A stretch of 64,000 nt of DNA. It comes from Clostridia bacterium (GTDB lineage: Bacteria > Bacillota > Clostridia > UBA1381 > UMGS1253). How positions within the stretch are numbered: the first letter of the stretch is position 1; each line of letters starts with the position of its first letter. The notes below the pieces were generated by a model. That model saw only the letters and a program-made list of their open reading frames with translations. It was not told the DNA's origin and made no database searches. Both the position numbers and the translations under genes were made by a program. Below are positions 61,170-64,000 of this stretch, piece after piece. The stretch is from assembly GCA_045636325.1 (NCBI GenBank), contig JAZTXH010000008.1:63099-127098 (forward strand), written 5' to 3'.

Positions 61170-61813
61170 TGGAATATTATGAATCAATGCGTGCAAGACC
61201 TGTATATAATCTTCAAACTTTTTTAAGAGGAATATCAAAAAATGACGAGCGTGTTTATCCGGTTGTGCCTGATGGAATCTATGGCGAAGATACAAAAAGA
61301 AGCGTAGAAAGTTTTCAAAACGCATATAATCTTCCTGCCACAGGTGAAGTAGATAGTGAAACATGGGGGGCAATCGTAAGAGAGTATGAAATATATGAAA
61401 GATATTTAGAGCCTGTAAGTGGACTTAGAATAATACGAAATGACGAAATTATATTAAAAGGTGATAATCATTCGGGTATATATATTATTCAGGCCATGAT
61501 TAACTCTTTGTCTGATAAATTCTCTAATTTTAAACCTGTTGATATCAATGGAGTCTATGATGAAAAAACATCGGTTGAAATTGAAAATTTAAAATTGCTT
61601 TTTGATGTATCAGAAGAAAATATTACCAAAGAATTTATAAACAGACTTGTTGATTTGTATGAACATGTTTTGGTGTTTAAAAAAGGGTATTATGATAAAT
61701 CAGTAGCGAATGAAAGTTTAGGTAATAATATAAGCAGTTCGACTGAGCAAATTAAACAAACCAATCCTAAAGTAAATGAAGAAAATAATGTAATAGTGTG
61801 GAAATTCTTTTAA
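61169..61813 (+). CDS. peptidoglycan-binding domain protein
   Basis: LQTFLR...DGIYGEDT...FQ...TGEVD..TW; start overlaps the upstream stop. Confidence 0.82.
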   Translation: MEYYESMRARPVYNLQTFLRGISKNDERVYPVVPDGIYGEDTKRSVESFQNAYNLPATGEVDSETWGAIVREYEIYERYLEPVSGLRIIRNDEIILKGDNHSGIYIIQAMINSLSDKFSNFKPVDINGVYDEKTSVEIENLKLLFDVSEENITKEFINRLVDLYEHVLVFKKGYYDKSVANESLGNNISSSTEQIKQTNPKVNEENNVIVWKFF

Positions 61814-62077
61814 AACAAACAACTTAAAACAGTTATGCAGAAATTAATTTTTAAAGTTCTGTATAACTGTTTTTTACATGCAAAAAAATGATATTTTATA
61901 CAGAAATCATATCATAAGATAAAGTACCTAAAACTAATAAAAATTGCTCAAAAACTACTTGAATACATTATGCATTTAAGTAGTTTTTATTAAAAATTTA
62001 ATTTCGAACAAAAAAATAAATAAAACTCTTTACAAATTAAAAAAAGTATGCTATAATACTATTTGTACGTAAGAGAT

Positions 62078-62152
62078 GCGGGAGTGGCTCAGTGGTAGAG
62101 CGCCACCTTGCCAAGGTGAACGTCGCGAGTTCGAATCTCGTCTTCCGCTCCA
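62078..62152 (+). tRNA. tRNA-Gly(GCC)
   Basis: Acceptor GCGGGAG/CTTCCGC, anticodon loop TT GCC AA, GTTCGAATC, CCA; upstream TTTACA-17-TATAAT. Confidence 0.96.
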
Positions 62153-62153
62153 G

Positions 62154-62186
62154 AAAAATCCTCGTTCCATTGGAACGGGGATTTTT
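62154..62186 (+). terminator. tRNA-Gly terminator
   Basis: AAAAATCCTCGTTCC/GGAACGGGGATTTTT. Confidence 0.8.
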
Positions 62187-62334
62187 CAGCTAAATTCGCC
62201 TAACGGCGAGTTAAATGTGCTATCGCACGCTAAATTACTTCGTAGCTAAATTGACCTTCGGTCAGCTAATGGCGAATTTAATTTAGCTGTTTTGAAAAAA
62301 CAATTTCGCTTTGCAACTTGTTGCAAAATTTAGC
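62187..62334. repeat. multi-hairpin palindromic repeat element (GCTAAAT / ATTTAGC units)
   Basis: Five GCTAAAT-like units and three ATTTAGC-like units, each separated by a short hairpin. Confidence 0.75.
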
Positions 62335-62440
62335 TTAAATCAAAATATCTCTATGGTTCTGCTTTCCCAATAAAAATGCGACAATTTTAAAATTGTCGCA
62401 TTTTTATTTTATTCAATACAATTGCAACGAAGTGTAAATT

Positions 62441-63436
62441 TCATAAAGCGCCTTTCTTGCATCGCCCTTGTTCCTCTTCTAAGGTTTCACGTTTTGGTAT
62501 AGTGGGTGTGAAACCTGATGTTTTGTTTTTGACGTCTGGTAATTGAATATATGTAATTGCAGCAAAGATAAGCAAACAACCGAAAATTTCTCTTAAACTC
62601 ATAATATCTTCCGGTACATACGGAGGAAGTATCCAACAAAAAATAACCGCAAAGACTGATTCAAGACTCATTAGCAAGGTTGCTGAAGTAGGATCTGTAT
62701 ATTTTTGCCCGATGATTTGCAAAGTATATGCGACGCCGCATGAAAATGCTCCTGAATAAAAAATCGGAAACCAACATTTTAGAATTTCACTTATTTCAGG
62801 TTTTTCGAATATAAACATTATTGTTATATTAATTGCTGCGCACACAAAAAATTGTAAGCAGGCAAGCTTTATGCCTTCAACCTTTGGCGAGAAGTAATCG
62901 ACTAACATTATATGTATTGAAAAAAGAACTGAACAAGCCAAAGCGTAAAGCTCATATTTTCCAACTGAAAAATCACCGTTTGTCATACACAGGAAGTAAA
63001 AACCTATTATCCCAACAATAAGTGTAGGAATTATTTTCAAAGGTAGTTTCTTTTTAAAAAAAACACTCAAAATAGGAACAAAAATAATATATAAAGCAGT
63101 GATAAATGCAGCTTTTCCTCCTGAAATTTCTTTCATTGAATAAGTTTGTATTGTTCCTGCGGCGCATAACACAATACCACATGCAATACCGCCAATCAAA
63201 AGTGTTTTTTTATAGAGGACTTTGTTGGTTGTATTTGTTTGTGTTTTGGCTTTTGTATCATAAAATAATATAAATGGTAAAAGAACAATTGCGCCTAAAA
63301 GGTTTCGTATTCCGTTGAATGTTGAAGGTTCAATATACTCCATCGAGGTTGTTTGAGAAATAAATGATATTCCCCATACAATTGCAGTAATAAGAAGTAT
63401 AATATTGCCTTTAAGTTTAGTATTTGAATTTAACAT
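62441..63436 (-). CDS. DMT/EamA family transporter
   Basis: TAIVWGISF, KAAFITALYIIFVP, AYTLQIIGQK, SLESVF; about 10 TM helices. Confidence 0.92.
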   Translation of the reverse strand: MLNSNTKLKGNIILLITAIVWGISFISQTTSMEYIEPSTFNGIRNLLGAIVLLPFILFYDTKAKTQTNTTNKVLYKKTLLIGGIACGIVLCAAGTIQTYSMKEISGGKAAFITALYIIFVPILSVFFKKKLPLKIIPTLIVGIIGFYFLCMTNGDFSVGKYELYALACSVLFSIHIMLVDYFSPKVEGIKLACLQFFVCAAINITIMFIFEKPEISEILKCWFPIFYSGAFSCGVAYTLQIIGQKYTDPTSATLLMSLESVFAVIFCWILPPYVPEDIMSLREIFGCLLIFAAITYIQLPDVKNKTSGFTPTIPKRETLEEEQGRCKKGAL

Positions 63437-63452
63437 AAAAGTTTCCTCGTGA

Positions 63453-64000
63453 TTAATAAAATGTTGCTACAGGATTTTCGAGCTGAGATGTGTTCTCAAT
63501 GCTTAAAATCTTCATAACAGGTCCCGGACCCTGATAGAGCTCGTGATATTTGTATTCCAAAACGGCAGTAAGTTTTATCCAGCCTTTGTTTTTGATTTTT
63601 TTTGCATCAGAATATTCACAAACGACTGCACTGTACTGAATATCGTCAACACAGCAGGTCATAACATGACGGCCGGCTATAAATACATTTTCAGGCAATT
63701 TTGAATTTTTGGCAGTCAATGCAGTAAATGAAATGGTTTTTTTGTCATATTTTTTCATAGCCTCTGCCATATCCCTATACCAAATAGCATAATCTTCGTC
63801 TTTGATTTCAATAACAGCAGCATCAATATCAAAGGGGAGCGGGTCTTCTATTTCATCGTATTCTACATGCCCGTCGGTATATTCATAAGCCATTTGCGCA
63901 TTTCGGCTTATACCTCTTACAATTTTGTGAAATTCTTCTTTGTTTACATCATCTGTCGCGCGGTTAAAAATTATCATTTCACAGCTTCTTAGTTTATCCA
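63453..64000 (-). CDS. DUF1980/TIGR03943-like C-terminal domain protein, 5'-truncated by window edge
   Basis: IIFNR, GRHVMTCCVDDIQY, GWIKLTA; frame remains open to the window edge. Confidence 0.65.
   Translation of the reverse strand, partial: DKLRSCEMIIFNRATDDVNKEEFHKIVRGISRNAQMAYEYTDGHVEYDEIEDPLPFDIDAAVIEIKDEDYAIWYRDMAEAMKKYDKKTISFTALTAKNSKLPENVFIAGRHVMTCCVDDIQYSAVVCEYSDAKKIKNKGWIKLTAVLEYKYHELYQGPGPVMKILSIENTSQLENPVATFY

Noticed and set aside
62187-62334. Possible CRISPR array
   Set aside because: Repeats are only 7 bp, spacers are 9-18 bp self-hairpins, orientation inverts, and there are no cas genes.

Overview
AT-rich chromosome segment from a spore-forming member of the Clostridia. It is mostly housekeeping: pyrE-pyrB-pyrI-typA, recG-fakA, polA-coaE, rpmE-rpsO-pnp, thrS, eda-kdgK, metK, rplU-rpmA-obgE-yhbY-nadD-yqeK-rsfS-leuS, ispE, dGTPase-dnaG-sigA, rplM-rpsI and greA, plus tRNA-Thr(CGT), tRNA-Gly(GCC), a preQ1-I riboswitch and a sporulation/germination cluster (about 54.3-61.8 kb). 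The main accessory feature is a ~9.4 kb integrative element (43284-52676) inserted in the 3' end of rpsI, bounded by a 14-bp direct repeat and TTGTGGTAA arm-type repeats. It encodes an intact tyrosine integrase, a Xis-like protein, ArdA, a Replic_Relax-like protein, an HUH rolling-circle Rep with a pC194-like nick site and two Zn-ribbon proteins. Its cargo module is the best candidate for an undescribed system: a ~170-nt structured, terminator-ended leader RNA, then an XRE-HTH-containing protein, then a tyrosine-recombinase-fold protein lacking the catalytic residues. Other oddities: a split SleC, a degenerate P-type ATPase, rplU-rpmA without prp, a multi-hairpin repeat behind tRNA-Gly, a glycyl-radical enzyme remnant and an IS1182-like remnant. 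All family calls come from motif recognition by eye, not from database searches.
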